Source of the DNA: a virus
Lineage: Duplodnaviria; Caudoviricetes
Strand: one strand, 5' to 3'
DNA: 26,172 nucleotides
Virus record (IMG/VR): IMGVR_UViG_3300007344_000201
Coordinates: 1-26,172 of that record
Positions 17,469 through 26,069 of this stretch are shown one piece after another (position 1 is the first letter of the stretch; every line of letters starts with the position of its first letter). The notes beneath the pieces were generated by a model. That model saw only the letters and a list, made by a program, of their open reading frames with translations. It was not told the DNA's origin and searched no databases. Position numbers and translations under genes: made by a program.

Positions 17469-20400
17469 TCGCCGCCCATCATTGTGTAGAGGTCTTCGAC
17501 CGTGAACCCGATAGCCTTGTTTTTTTGCGAGTCAGGCATGTCCGTGTAAAACCCCAGTTCGTTGTCTGGAATCGTCGAGTTCAAGGTTTCAAAAAGCATT
17601 CTGTTCGACGTTACAACAACAGTTTCGTTTTTGATTGAGTCCCACTTCTTTGGTGCAGTCACCTTCATGGCAAAGGCTTCGGCAATGAATTCGGCTGGTT
17701 CGGTCGAAGCGTAATTGCTCACAAATCTGGAAACCAAGTTTTTGGCTCCCGTTTGCTTTTGAGAGTAGTTGTCGTAGTCCGTGTCGTACCAAAGTATGTT
17801 GGACAAACCCTCGGCGTATGCGGGAGTCAGTTTTGACATATCGCCGCCTGCCTGCTCCCAAATTTTCGCACCCGCCAGCCGACCGGAGTCTTGGCTTGTG
17901 TATGTGCTGCCTCCACGCCCATAGAGTTTCTTATGCGTTCTTTCGAGTGACCTCCGGTGCAACGCATGACCAACCTCATGGGTCACGACATAAGCGGGTC
18001 CGCCTTCCTCGCTTGCCATCCAACCTTCTTGTGGTGTTCTGTAAAGAGGGCTGTATTCGCCAACGTCAACCGGCAATGTCGTTCTCTGGTTTGTCGGGTT
18101 GAAGTACGCGACTGTCCTGTCGTCCTGCGAGTGCAACTTGACAGTCGAAACTCCCTGACCTCTTTGGATCATTTGGAATTCCAAAAGATCCGTGTCATAT
18201 CCTGCCGCATTCAGTTCGTTGATCGAACGATTGAGTGCTACAACTTCCATAAAGGCGGATTGATATCTCCCGATCTGTTGTGAAACATATCCACGCAAGT
18301 TGTCCGCGCCGGGATCTCTCAACTCTGGGTTGACCAAGAACTGCGATGACATAAACATCAAGGGGTCAACTCGTACCGACACGCCTTTTTCTGCGAAGTG
18401 CTTCTCAACAGCGAACGACATATTCTGTGCAACTCGGTATCGCTCGATCGGCTTGATGTCGCCAACGTCTCCAATCGGAAACTGCTTGTAATACTTCTTT
18501 GCAAGTTCATACGTTTGAAAAATGTCTTGCCGAGTTCTGTCGTCAAAAGTATCCCATTCTTCAATGGCCTCTTCGCTGCCACCAAAAAAGATGTCGCGCG
18601 GCCCTATGTTGATCTTGCCAACCTCGTCGCCGAGAGTGTCGTAACTAAACGAGTCTGGTTCCGGCAGATCCATTTCAGAGATTGAAAGAACGTCACTGAT
18701 GTCGTTATATGCCGACTCGCTGACCGGCCTCATAAGAGCAGCGAGTCGATAGGACTCTCTCGTTACTGCCAGTTCAACATTCAGCCCCATCTCGGCAACT
18801 GCTTCTTCGTCGATGCTTTTTCTTGCAACGGCTTGAATCAGATTTTGCGATTCCTTCGTCAAGTGACCGAGCGGGTTGTCGTCTTCATGGCCTAGAAATT
18901 CCGCTGCTCTTTTTTGCGCTTCTTGTGCGAGCGCACCGTAGACGTAGCCGTCTCCGGTTTTCGCCAACACTTCTTCGTTGGCAGCGCCCGGAATAGCGAC
19001 GATTTCATTGCCTTGAGTTATATGATCGGTTTCAAAAACCTGCGGGAAACCGCGACTCATCCTGTTGAGTTCGCCAGCCGCATAAACCAAAGCCTTGACC
19101 TTTTCTTCTTCAGGCAGGACCGCGATTTCGTCAGTCAGGAAACCGTTCGGATCGTATCTGGTGCTGTTTTCGAGATGCTGGTCTATTTGCTCCTTGCGGC
19201 TTTCAAGCGTGCGGCCCGATTCGGTTGCACTGCTACCAGTGGCGCAGGTGTTGTCTTCCTTGAAGCCACCGGCACCAGTGCCACAGTTATCTGAAGTTGC
19301 CTTGAACCGTACACTCCAATCACCGAACGACTTGGTGAGTTCTTGAGTGGCGGCCCCGTCAAGGATATGACGGAGCCTGAAGGCTTTTGGGCGTGGTTGT
19401 CCTCCGTGGTCGCCGTCACACTCGCCTTCGGGACACTTGCCCGTCAGCGTGTTGAAGTCCTTCTCGTCTGCGCACGGGCAGTATTTGGTTTCGCCGTCTG
19501 CGTCGATTGACCGAACGCCCCGACATCCAATCAAAGAAGCGACTGCTGCGGCCTGCTCCTTTGTGTCATAGAGATCGTCCTCGGTTCGCTCGATGTTGTT
19601 CGCCTTGGATTCAGCGTCAACCATCTTCTCCGCAACCTGCCGACTAAACCCGCAGCCCTGCAACAACTTGATTGCGCTGTACCCCTGAAGCGTTCCGTCC
19701 CGGACCGACTTCAAGAACTTTGCAGCGGCTTCGGCATCAGGCGAATCACCCTCTTCTTCGGGCTGTCCGTCTTCGCTGAAGAGTGAAGAGAGGTCCATGC
19801 CGGGCATACCACCGCCGGGACCGGGCGGCTGCTGCGCAGACGCTCCAAGAGGTTGGCCGTTGATGAGAGGCTGGTCTGCGAATTCGTTGTCCTCGAAAGG
19901 CTCGCGTCCCTCCTCAAGCCTTGCCTCGTTGATTGTTCTCCAACCACCTTGAACAGCGGTCTGCCGTTCTTGTAGTTCGTACTGCGTATCTCGCGGCACG
20001 GGATTGTCGTAGGCAAGGCAGAGTTCATCCTCTAGTCCGAACATCGGGAGCAGTGTTTGGTTGAGTTCTTCTTCGTCCATTCGAAGAAGTGGAAGAACCG
20101 TACCCTCCCGCCATTGGGCAAAACCAGTGCGGGCAGAAGCAAGGTTCGGGTCGTTCGCCTTCAGCATTGAGACCGGCACACCAAAGACGGCAGCAATCTC
20201 TTCGACGATATCCTCGCGTCCAGCAACATCCTTTGGCGGGAAGTTCAGAGGCGTGAATTGCACGTCGCCAGTGACTGCAATGAAGTTTCCGTCTCGCCGT
20301 GTCCCTCGAAGTCTCTGCTCTACTTGTTCTTGGAATCTATCCAGTTGATCGCTGGTTGGAGTACCGCGCACAACGACCGCATAGTCAGGTCGTGCGCTGT

Positions 20401-21163
20401 TCTGAAACATCGCCAGATCCATATCGTGAACAGCCTGATTCGATAGCACAGCGCCGTAAGCAGCCTCAATCTTGCCGAGTCCGTAGTAGAGATTTCCGGG
20501 GTTGGGTCGTCGGAAATGTATGACCTCATCGCGTTCAAACACCTGCTTCCGATCTGCCGAAATCCCATACAGATATCCGCTAATGAATTCATCTTCATCT
20601 GGGATGACCTCCGTAAATTGCGGAGCGAGCGGCCACAGTTCTGCGGGCAGACCGGAGTCTTCGTCAATGACCGGGTGAAGGTAGGCGTTGCCAGTCAGTT
20701 CCCCGTAAAGGATTCGCAGCACCGTCATGTCAAATCCATTGAGGAACGGATTCGTGCTGCTCAACAACTCGATGATCGGATGCGACTCCGTCACCTCTTC
20801 CATGTCTTCACCAAAGTCTGCGATCTTACGAAGCACGCCGTTCGATGGCCTCGCGTCACCATGACCATCGCCGAGAAGATATTGCTTCTGGTGCCGAGGC
20901 ACCGACCGGGTCTTGTAGAGTTTCCGACCGTTGCCCTTCTTGGCGTACAGTCGAATCGGCACAGAAGCGACCGCCTGCGCGTTGATGTTCGCGGCTGCAA
21001 ACACCCACGAGCGACAAGAGTCGACTGCTCTTTGATGATTGAATGACGGCTTCTGTGCGCCGTGCTGTCCTGCCGTCACAACCCGGACGCTGCTCTCCAA
21101 CCACTTTTCTGGAGTGCTTTGCTTCTTGCTGACCAGTTCTCGCAGGAAGTCGAAAATCGCCAT
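17465..21163 (-). CDS. HK97-family portal protein fused to a ~790-aa extension containing the tag and a C-terminal zincin (HEXXH) metallopeptidase
   Basis: Portal motifs (NPFLNG, GNAY, LWPL.P, EVIHFR, YYGLG, AVFGVP, TINEAR) in the first ~440 aa; THEVGH and YASTEPAEFIAEAF near the C-terminus; ATG 21163 preferred over TTG 21169. Confidence 0.92.
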   Translation of the reverse strand: MAIFDFLRELVSKKQSTPEKWLESSVRVVTAGQHGAQKPSFNHQRAVDSCRSWVFAAANINAQAVASVPIRLYAKKGNGRKLYKTRSVPRHQKQYLLGDGHGDARPSNGVLRKIADFGEDMEEVTESHPIIELLSSTNPFLNGFDMTVLRILYGELTGNAYLHPVIDEDSGLPAELWPLAPQFTEVIPDEDEFISGYLYGISADRKQVFERDEVIHFRRPNPGNLYYGLGKIEAAYGAVLSNQAVHDMDLAMFQNSARPDYAVVVRGTPTSDQLDRFQEQVEQRLRGTRRDGNFIAVTGDVQFTPLNFPPKDVAGREDIVEEIAAVFGVPVSMLKANDPNLASARTGFAQWREGTVLPLLRMDEEELNQTLLPMFGLEDELCLAYDNPVPRDTQYELQERQTAVQGGWRTINEARLEEGREPFEDNEFADQPLINGQPLGASAQQPPGPGGGMPGMDLSSLFSEDGQPEEEGDSPDAEAAAKFLKSVRDGTLQGYSAIKLLQGCGFSRQVAEKMVDAESKANNIERTEDDLYDTKEQAAAVASLIGCRGVRSIDADGETKYCPCADEKDFNTLTGKCPEGECDGDHGGQPRPKAFRLRHILDGAATQELTKSFGDWSVRFKATSDNCGTGAGGFKEDNTCATGSSATESGRTLESRKEQIDQHLENSTRYDPNGFLTDEIAVLPEEEKVKALVYAAGELNRMSRGFPQVFETDHITQGNEIVAIPGAANEEVLAKTGDGYVYGALAQEAQKRAAEFLGHEDDNPLGHLTKESQNLIQAVARKSIDEEAVAEMGLNVELAVTRESYRLAALMRPVSESAYNDISDVLSISEMDLPEPDSFSYDTLGDEVGKINIGPRDIFFGGSEEAIEEWDTFDDRTRQDIFQTYELAKKYYKQFPIGDVGDIKPIERYRVAQNMSFAVEKHFAEKGVSVRVDPLMFMSSQFLVNPELRDPGADNLRGYVSQQIGRYQSAFMEVVALNRSINELNAAGYDTDLLEFQMIQRGQGVSTVKLHSQDDRTVAYFNPTNQRTTLPVDVGEYSPLYRTPQEGWMASEEGGPAYVVTHEVGHALHRRSLERTHKKLYGRGGSTYTSQDSGRLAGAKIWEQAGGDMSKLTPAYAEGLSNILWYDTDYDNYSQKQTGAKNLVSRFVSNYASTEPAEFIAEAFAMKVTAPKKWDSIKNETVVVTSNRMLFETLNSTIPDNELGFYTDMPDSQKNKAIGFTVEDLYTMMGGE
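19241..19303 (-). repeat. Tag motif copy 1: KATSDNCGTGAGGFKEDNTCA
   Basis: Direct translation inside the portal extension. Confidence 0.95.
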
Positions 21164-21165
21164 GT

Positions 21166-22356
21166 TCAAAGTACCCTGAAGTTGAAGCCGGATTGAGCGA
21201 TGGTGTCATAGCACCTCAAGGCAAGAGCCAATGCACAGACTCCGTCGTCGTGCAGTCCGCTCGGTGCCTCATACCGCACGCCCGTCCTTGTATATTCAAA
21301 CTCGAAAGTGTCTGCTTCGACCCGAAGCCAGTTGTCTGGAATCCGGATCTTCTTGGTCTGAAACGCCGTCGCCAGACCTTCCATCAACTGCTGCTTGCTG
21401 TGCATCGTAAACTTGAAGCCTTCAGCCCGTGGATGCTTCTTCTGGATGCCTTCGACCACCGGATCTCCCACGCCAGTCGAGTCGATCAGAGTCGGGACCA
21501 TGCCAATCAACTCTTCGATTCGCCGACTGGTTTCTGACCACGGAGCCTGCCATCGCTCAAGCACGCAGACCCTCGCCTCGTCGTCGAGTCCGCATACCAC
21601 CGTGTAGTCAACCGACTTTGCGAGGTCGATACCAAAAGCAATAGGGGCCGACTTAGACTGTTCGGCCACGCACTCGGAAATCGCCTTGAGTCCGAAGGGG
21701 TTGCCACCGTCGTCTGATGGGATACCAAGAAACTCCTGATTAAACACCTGCTCAGGTAGTTCTCGCTTTGCCGCCTCGATCTCATGCTCAGGTATCAACG
21801 GGTTGCTAGTTGTTGGCAGTCTCCAAGACTTCCAGCCATAGTCACCAATTTGCCCGCGTTCGAAACATTGGTGAAAGAAGTTCCGACCCTTCGGAGTGCC
21901 GAGAAACCACGCATCGCCCTGCGAGTCGGCAAGGGTTGCTCGAATCGTCTCTTGCCACGCTGGTCCCAAGTCTTTGATGATCCCTGCTTCGTCGATGATG
22001 ACCCGATCGAATCGACGGCCTCGACCGGAGTCGACGCTGTCCAATGAGTAGCAGTCGAGCGTGCCGCCCGTGCAGCATTCAAGTCGATGCTCGATCTTGA
22101 GCGTGGCCGTTGTGACCGGGGCGAGGACTCGTAGCATTGTCCGCCAAGGTTCGGCAAGGTATCTGAACGACGGAGCGAACCACGCGACGTTCTTGCCAGC
22201 AAGCACGTCTTCGATTGCGAGTTGCATACCCATGTGGGTCTTGCCAAATCGCCGACCGCACTCAAGCACGTTGAACCGCCCGCTTTCGTTCAACACTTTG
22301 AGTTGTCCGGCGTGCAAGCAACTTTCAATAGTTGGCACTTCAACGACAGTGGTCAC
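21166..22356 (-). CDS. terL: Terminase large subunit
   Basis: Walker A CGRRFGKT, Walker B VIIDEA, GTPKG motif, nuclease GIDLAKSVD and HDDGVCALALA. Confidence 0.96.
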   Translation of the reverse strand: MTTVVEVPTIESCLHAGQLKVLNESGRFNVLECGRRFGKTHMGMQLAIEDVLAGKNVAWFAPSFRYLAEPWRTMLRVLAPVTTATLKIEHRLECCTGGTLDCYSLDSVDSGRGRRFDRVIIDEAGIIKDLGPAWQETIRATLADSQGDAWFLGTPKGRNFFHQCFERGQIGDYGWKSWRLPTTSNPLIPEHEIEAAKRELPEQVFNQEFLGIPSDDGGNPFGLKAISECVAEQSKSAPIAFGIDLAKSVDYTVVCGLDDEARVCVLERWQAPWSETSRRIEELIGMVPTLIDSTGVGDPVVEGIQKKHPRAEGFKFTMHSKQQLMEGLATAFQTKKIRIPDNWLRVEADTFEFEYTRTGVRYEAPSGLHDDGVCALALALRCYDTIAQSGFNFRVL

Positions 22357-22484
22357 TTGTCAATCTTTTCCTTGATCGCTTCAAGGTCACGGCGAATCCC
22401 CTTGACCATCGTGTAGTAGACCAGAACCCACACGATGAGCGGGGTGAGATTGTTTTCGAGGATCGGCAGGATCGAAGGTTCCAT
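22353..22484 (-). CDS. Small single-TM protein (43 aa), holin-like
   Basis: MEPSILPILENNLTPLIVWVLVYYTMVKGIRRDLEAIKEKIDK; TGATG and GTGA overlaps with both neighbours; not in the ORF track. Confidence 0.7.
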   Translation of the reverse strand: MEPSILPILENNLTPLIVWVLVYYTMVKGIRRDLEAIKEKIDK

Positions 22485-23107
22485 CAGTCGCTTCCCGGTT
22501 CGTAGGTGTCGGACCACTGACCGAACAGGATCCCGAGATCCTTTCCGTCAACGACCCCATCGAAGTTGAGGTCTGATCGGTTCTGGTCGCTGCCGAAGTC
22601 GGCGAGGAGAAGCCCTTGATCCTGAGCGTTCACGACGCCGTCGGCGTTGATGTCTGCGATCTGGTCAGCCCTGCGAATCGTGCAAGCCCAGTTGATCGCC
22701 TCCGTCACAGTTTCGTTTCCGGGCACCGCGAAGGTGTAGTCGGAAACGATCCGCTGCTTCTCCGCGTCCCAGCAGAGGTCGGAACCCTGCTCGAAGATCG
22801 GCACGAAGCCTTCGTCGACTCGCGTTGACATCCGGTACTTCACGTTCTTCTCGGAGCCGCTCATGTTCTGCACCTGAGCAGTTCCCTCGACGGTGAACCA
22901 ACCGACCTCCGTGACAGCAGGGCGAACATAAGTGACCATCAAGGCTCGCGTCTCAGTGCTTGCCTGCGAGTTGACCTCGATCGCGTCGGTGACATTGCCA
23001 TCTGAATCCACGAAGGGGAGACGAGTCGTGGTCATCGGCAGCATCCGAGGACTGCACGGATCGGCGTCCTGTACCGCGACGACGGTTGAGAGAAGGAGTG
23101 CAATCAT
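22484..23107 (-). CDS. Exported protein with C-terminal dockerin-like (double Ca2+-loop) domain (207 aa)
   Basis: Short hydrophobic N-terminus MIALLLSTVVAVQ; ADINADGVVNAQDQGLLLADFG...SDLNFDGVVDGKDLGILFGQW. Confidence 0.85.
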   Translation of the reverse strand: MIALLLSTVVAVQDADPCSPRMLPMTTTRLPFVDSDGNVTDAIEVNSQASTETRALMVTYVRPAVTEVGWFTVEGTAQVQNMSGSEKNVKYRMSTRVDEGFVPIFEQGSDLCWDAEKQRIVSDYTFAVPGNETVTEAINWACTIRRADQIADINADGVVNAQDQGLLLADFGSDQNRSDLNFDGVVDGKDLGILFGQWSDTYEPGSD

Positions 23108-23334
23108 GGTGCTTCCGGATCTTCTTCGACTGGAGTCGGGTCATACGCGATCGACTTCAATGCTTCAGCCGCTACGATCATCTCGTTAGCGGAAGCCACG
23201 AGCAAGTCAATGTGTGCTTCGTCAAGAGCGGTTCGCGGAGCGGTTTCTTTGTAATCGTAGGCCAGAGTGCCTAGACCGGACTGCACCGTGGCGAGGGCTT
23301 GAGTAAGAGAAGCGAAGGTGAAAATCGTGTTCAT
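23104..23334 (-). CDS. Hypothetical helical protein (76 aa)
   Basis: Start reassigned to ATG 23334 (AAGGA RBS): MNTIFTFASLTQAL... Confidence 0.7.
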   Translation of the reverse strand: MNTIFTFASLTQALATVQSGLGTLAYDYKETAPRTALDEAHIDLLVASANEMIVAAEALKSIAYDPTPVEEDPEAP

Positions 23335-23344
23335 GGTTTTCCTT

Positions 23345-23830
23345 TTATACGGCGGTGACGGTGAAGACGAGAACGTCGCCAGATACGAAGGCGGATCCCT
23401 TGATCGCAAAATTGCCTTGAATGTTGATGTATGAAGTTTGGCATGATCCGGCAACGGCTCCGAGGACCGAGCGACCTGCTCCAGAATCTCCGGTGAACGT
23501 TGCGTTGAAACTATGAGACGATCCGCCGTTCAGCGTTGCTGTGACGCCGTAAAGACACCACCAGTCTCGGCACGTCGTGCCGCTCGTGAAGTTGTAGCGT
23601 CCACCGGACAGAACGTCAAAGTTGGCTGCGTCCTCCGCGGCTGATCCGTTCCATAATCGAGGCAAACCATCCGCCCACGATAGAAGACTCGTCTGCGATG
23701 GGTTGATGATCTCTGCGCCGGAGGAGGAGACGGTCGCGTTGCTTGCTCCCGTCATGTTCCAAGTGATCGTCTGGAGCGGCCCGGTCGCAGCAGGAGCCGG
23801 AAAGAACAACCATTTGCTCGGCGGGGTCAT
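23345..23830 (-). CDS. Hypothetical beta-rich fibre-associated protein (161 aa)
   Basis: ATGA-coupled to the fibre gene; Ser/Thr/Gly/aromatic-rich. Confidence 0.7.
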   Translation of the reverse strand: MTPPSKWLFFPAPAATGPLQTITWNMTGASNATVSSSGAEIINPSQTSLLSWADGLPRLWNGSAAEDAANFDVLSGGRYNFTSGTTCRDWWCLYGVTATLNGGSSHSFNATFTGDSGAGRSVLGAVAGSCQTSYINIQGNFAIKGSAFVSGDVLVFTVTAV

Positions 23831-25722
23831 TCGGTGTACTCCACGGAGAAGATCACGTCGGTTGCCGATGAGTTTGACGAGAACTCCAATTTCAACACCG
23901 CGTCCGCTGCAAGCGAGGTGTTGGCAAGAGAAGTCTGGTTGCCCGTCGAAGTCGAGGCCGTGACTTGCTTGACCAAGTCGGAACCGTTATAGAGTTTGGC
24001 AACTACGGTTCCCGAACCGCTGTTCACCTTGATGTAGAACGCGCTGATCGTTCGAGCGGTAGCAACCGCCGGGTCGAGGATGTAGTCCTTGTCTGCGGCA
24101 GTTTCGATCTGGCCGGTGTACGATCCGGTGTTCGTGACGCCGAGCGTCGTTCTTGCTGTCGCGGCGTCCGCGTCGTCGACTAGCGTGGCACCGAACGTCG
24201 AGACACCAGATGCAGCGAACGCCCCGATGTCCGAGAGAGTCTCGGCTGCCGTCCGCCCCTCAATCTTTGTGCCATCGACCCGGAGGAAGTCGTTGTCTGC
24301 GACAGCAGCGTTGGCCTGCAAAATGTTGTCGGAGCCGATGCCTGCGTTGAATTGCGATGCCGTGCCGAGGCTTGGCTTGCCAGACAAAGAACTGTACGCG
24401 ATAGCGGTACCGCTCCACGTCCCGCTTGATATTGTCCCAACCTGAGTAATGTTGCCAGACCCCGGCCACGTCGATAGGGCAGTGTTTTCTACGTTGCCAA
24501 GACCGAGGTTTGTCCGAGCGGTACTCTCGCTTGTGATTTCGCTCAGGTTGTTCGACCCGACCATGTCTCCGGTCCCGGTCCCGACGCCGATTGCTGATCT
24601 GGCTGCCGCCTGATCTGCCGCAGTAAAGACACCGGCACCGACCGTCGTCGCTCCGAGCGTCGTTCTCGCTGCTGCTGCATCTGCATCATCAATTAGCGAA
24701 CCGCCGAACGTCGAGACGGCGGTCGACGCTACGAAGTCGCCGGTCGCCGAGGTCGCGGCGGTTCCAAGCGATAGCGCGCTTCGAGCAGCGGCGGCATCGG
24801 CGGCGGTGAAGACGTTCGCGCCTACGGCGGTCGCTCCGAGGTTCGTTCGTGCCGTCGACGCGGTGACTTCGCTGAGATTGTTCGACGCGAGCAGGTCGCC
24901 GTTGCCCGTGCCTGCTCCGATCGCGGTTCGGGCGGCAGCAGCATCCGCAGCGGTGAAGACGGACTTTCCGACCGTCGTCCCGCCGAGGTTCGTGAGAGCC
25001 GTAGCCGACGAGTTGAGGTCGGCTAGGTTCTGCGATCGCTGCGAGAGGTAGTCCGTCAGGCCGGAGTTCGTTATGAACTCCTGCGTATCGTTCGACTCGA
25101 CGAGGTTCTCGAAGTATTGAGGCGTCGTATCCGCCTCGATCGTCGCGTGGTTCTTCACGCCGAGGACGGTTCGCATCGCTGCGCTATTCGCGGAGTTCAG
25201 AAGCGACTCGACGTTCGCAGCGAAGAGAGCGGAGACCTCGGTCGAGAGGCTCGACGACGCGGCGGTGATCCGTCCCTGCTGGTCGACGGTGAACTTCCCA
25301 ACCGCGTACTCGGCGGGAGTGACCGCCGTATTCGCAAGCGAGATCGTCCCGCTCGTCGTTACGGGTCCGCCAGATAGACCGGTCCCGGTATCGACCTGCG
25401 TGACCGTTCCCGTCCCGCCGCTCGCGTTCACAGTGACGGTCGTACCGTCGACCGAGGTCGTGACGTTCGTACCGCCGGTGATCGTCAGCGTCCCGCTTGT
25501 GGTGATCGAGCCGCCGGTCCCACTGTCCGCATCGACAGCCACCGCAGTCACGGACCCGCTGCCAGCGTCCGACCATTGCACGTTGTAATTCGTGCCGTCG
25601 ATCTTCTGCAAGGTCTGGCCCGTCGATCCGCCTACAGGTACGCCAACTCCAGCCGGTCCCGCTGCCGAGATCGTTATTAGTTGACTCGTCGAGTTGACTG
25701 AAACCGAGTATTCAACGCTCAC
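23827..25722 (-). CDS. Phage fibre-like protein with ADAAAARTxLG-type repeats (631 aa)
   Basis: VPVGGSTGQTLQK, GTVTQVDTGTGLSGG, TVDQQGRITAAS motifs; repeated A(A/T)AR(T/S)xLG and xNNLSE units. Confidence 0.82.
   Translation of the reverse strand: MSVEYSVSVNSTSQLITISAAGPAGVGVPVGGSTGQTLQKIDGTNYNVQWSDAGSGSVTAVAVDADSGTGGSITTSGTLTITGGTNVTTSVDGTTVTVNASGGTGTVTQVDTGTGLSGGPVTTSGTISLANTAVTPAEYAVGKFTVDQQGRITAASSSLSTEVSALFAANVESLLNSANSAAMRTVLGVKNHATIEADTTPQYFENLVESNDTQEFITNSGLTDYLSQRSQNLADLNSSATALTNLGGTTVGKSVFTAADAAAARTAIGAGTGNGDLLASNNLSEVTASTARTNLGATAVGANVFTAADAAAARSALSLGTAATSATGDFVASTAVSTFGGSLIDDADAAAARTTLGATTVGAGVFTAADQAAARSAIGVGTGTGDMVGSNNLSEITSESTARTNLGLGNVENTALSTWPGSGNITQVGTISSGTWSGTAIAYSSLSGKPSLGTASQFNAGIGSDNILQANAAVADNDFLRVDGTKIEGRTAAETLSDIGAFAASGVSTFGATLVDDADAATARTTLGVTNTGSYTGQIETAADKDYILDPAVATARTISAFYIKVNSGSGTVVAKLYNGSDLVKQVTASTSTGNQTSLANTSLAADAVLKLEFSSNSSATDVIFSVEYTE
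24140..25030 (-). repeat. Degenerate protein-level repeats in the fibre (VFTAADAAAARTAIG; GDxxxSNNLSExTxSTARTNLG; VSTFGxxLxDDADAAxARTTLG); boundaries approximate
   Basis: Visible in the translation of 23827..25722. Confidence 0.85.
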
Positions 25723-26069
25723 TTTGTCACCTCCGGTTCGATCACGATCTTGCCGGTCAGGGGTTTTGTCACTGTTCCCGAACTGTCGAGTTCAAGTTCA
25801 TAGAAGCCAAAGAACGGGGCGGGTAGGTTCTTGGTTACCGTCTCGGCCACGTTGATCTGGATGTTCGGGTTGCTCGACCCTAGCGTGATCTCGGAGGTGC
25901 TGTCGATGTCGAGGACGGCGCTGCTGGTGTGGTCAGCACGAATCTGCATTCGAGCGGTGTATCCGGTGTAGTCGACCGTCGCGCCGTTGGAGTCCTGAAC
26001 ATGGATCGAGAGTTGCAGCGTTTCGCCCTGCCGCAGCGTGATCGTGTTGCCAATCGTCGAGAACTTCAT
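25719..26069 (-). CDS. Small beta-sandwich virion protein, fibre-anchor-like (116 aa)
   Basis: QGET...VDYTGYTARMQIR...YELEL...LTGKIVIEPEVTK, a pattern common upstream of phage fibres. Confidence 0.7.
   Translation of the reverse strand: MKFSTIGNTITLRQGETLQLSIHVQDSNGATVDYTGYTARMQIRADHTSSAVLDIDSTSEITLGSSNPNIQINVAETVTKNLPAPFFGFYELELDSSGTVTKPLTGKIVIEPEVTK

Noticed and set aside
14283-19291. The four tag copies as a CRISPR array, DGR template/variable repeat or recombination sites
   Set aside because: Spacing is irregular and kb-scale, differences are mostly synonymous rather than adenine-specific, and no Cas, reverse transcriptase or recombinase is present
17465-19845. Portal extension as an intein or homing endonuclease
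   Set aside because: No intein splice motifs (C-terminal HN followed by C/S/T) or LAGLIDADG/HNH motifs seen; the portal domain is uninterrupted
23335-23454. Long N-terminus of the track ORF 23104..23454
   Set aside because: Overlaps the upstream gene; ATG 23334 has a good RBS
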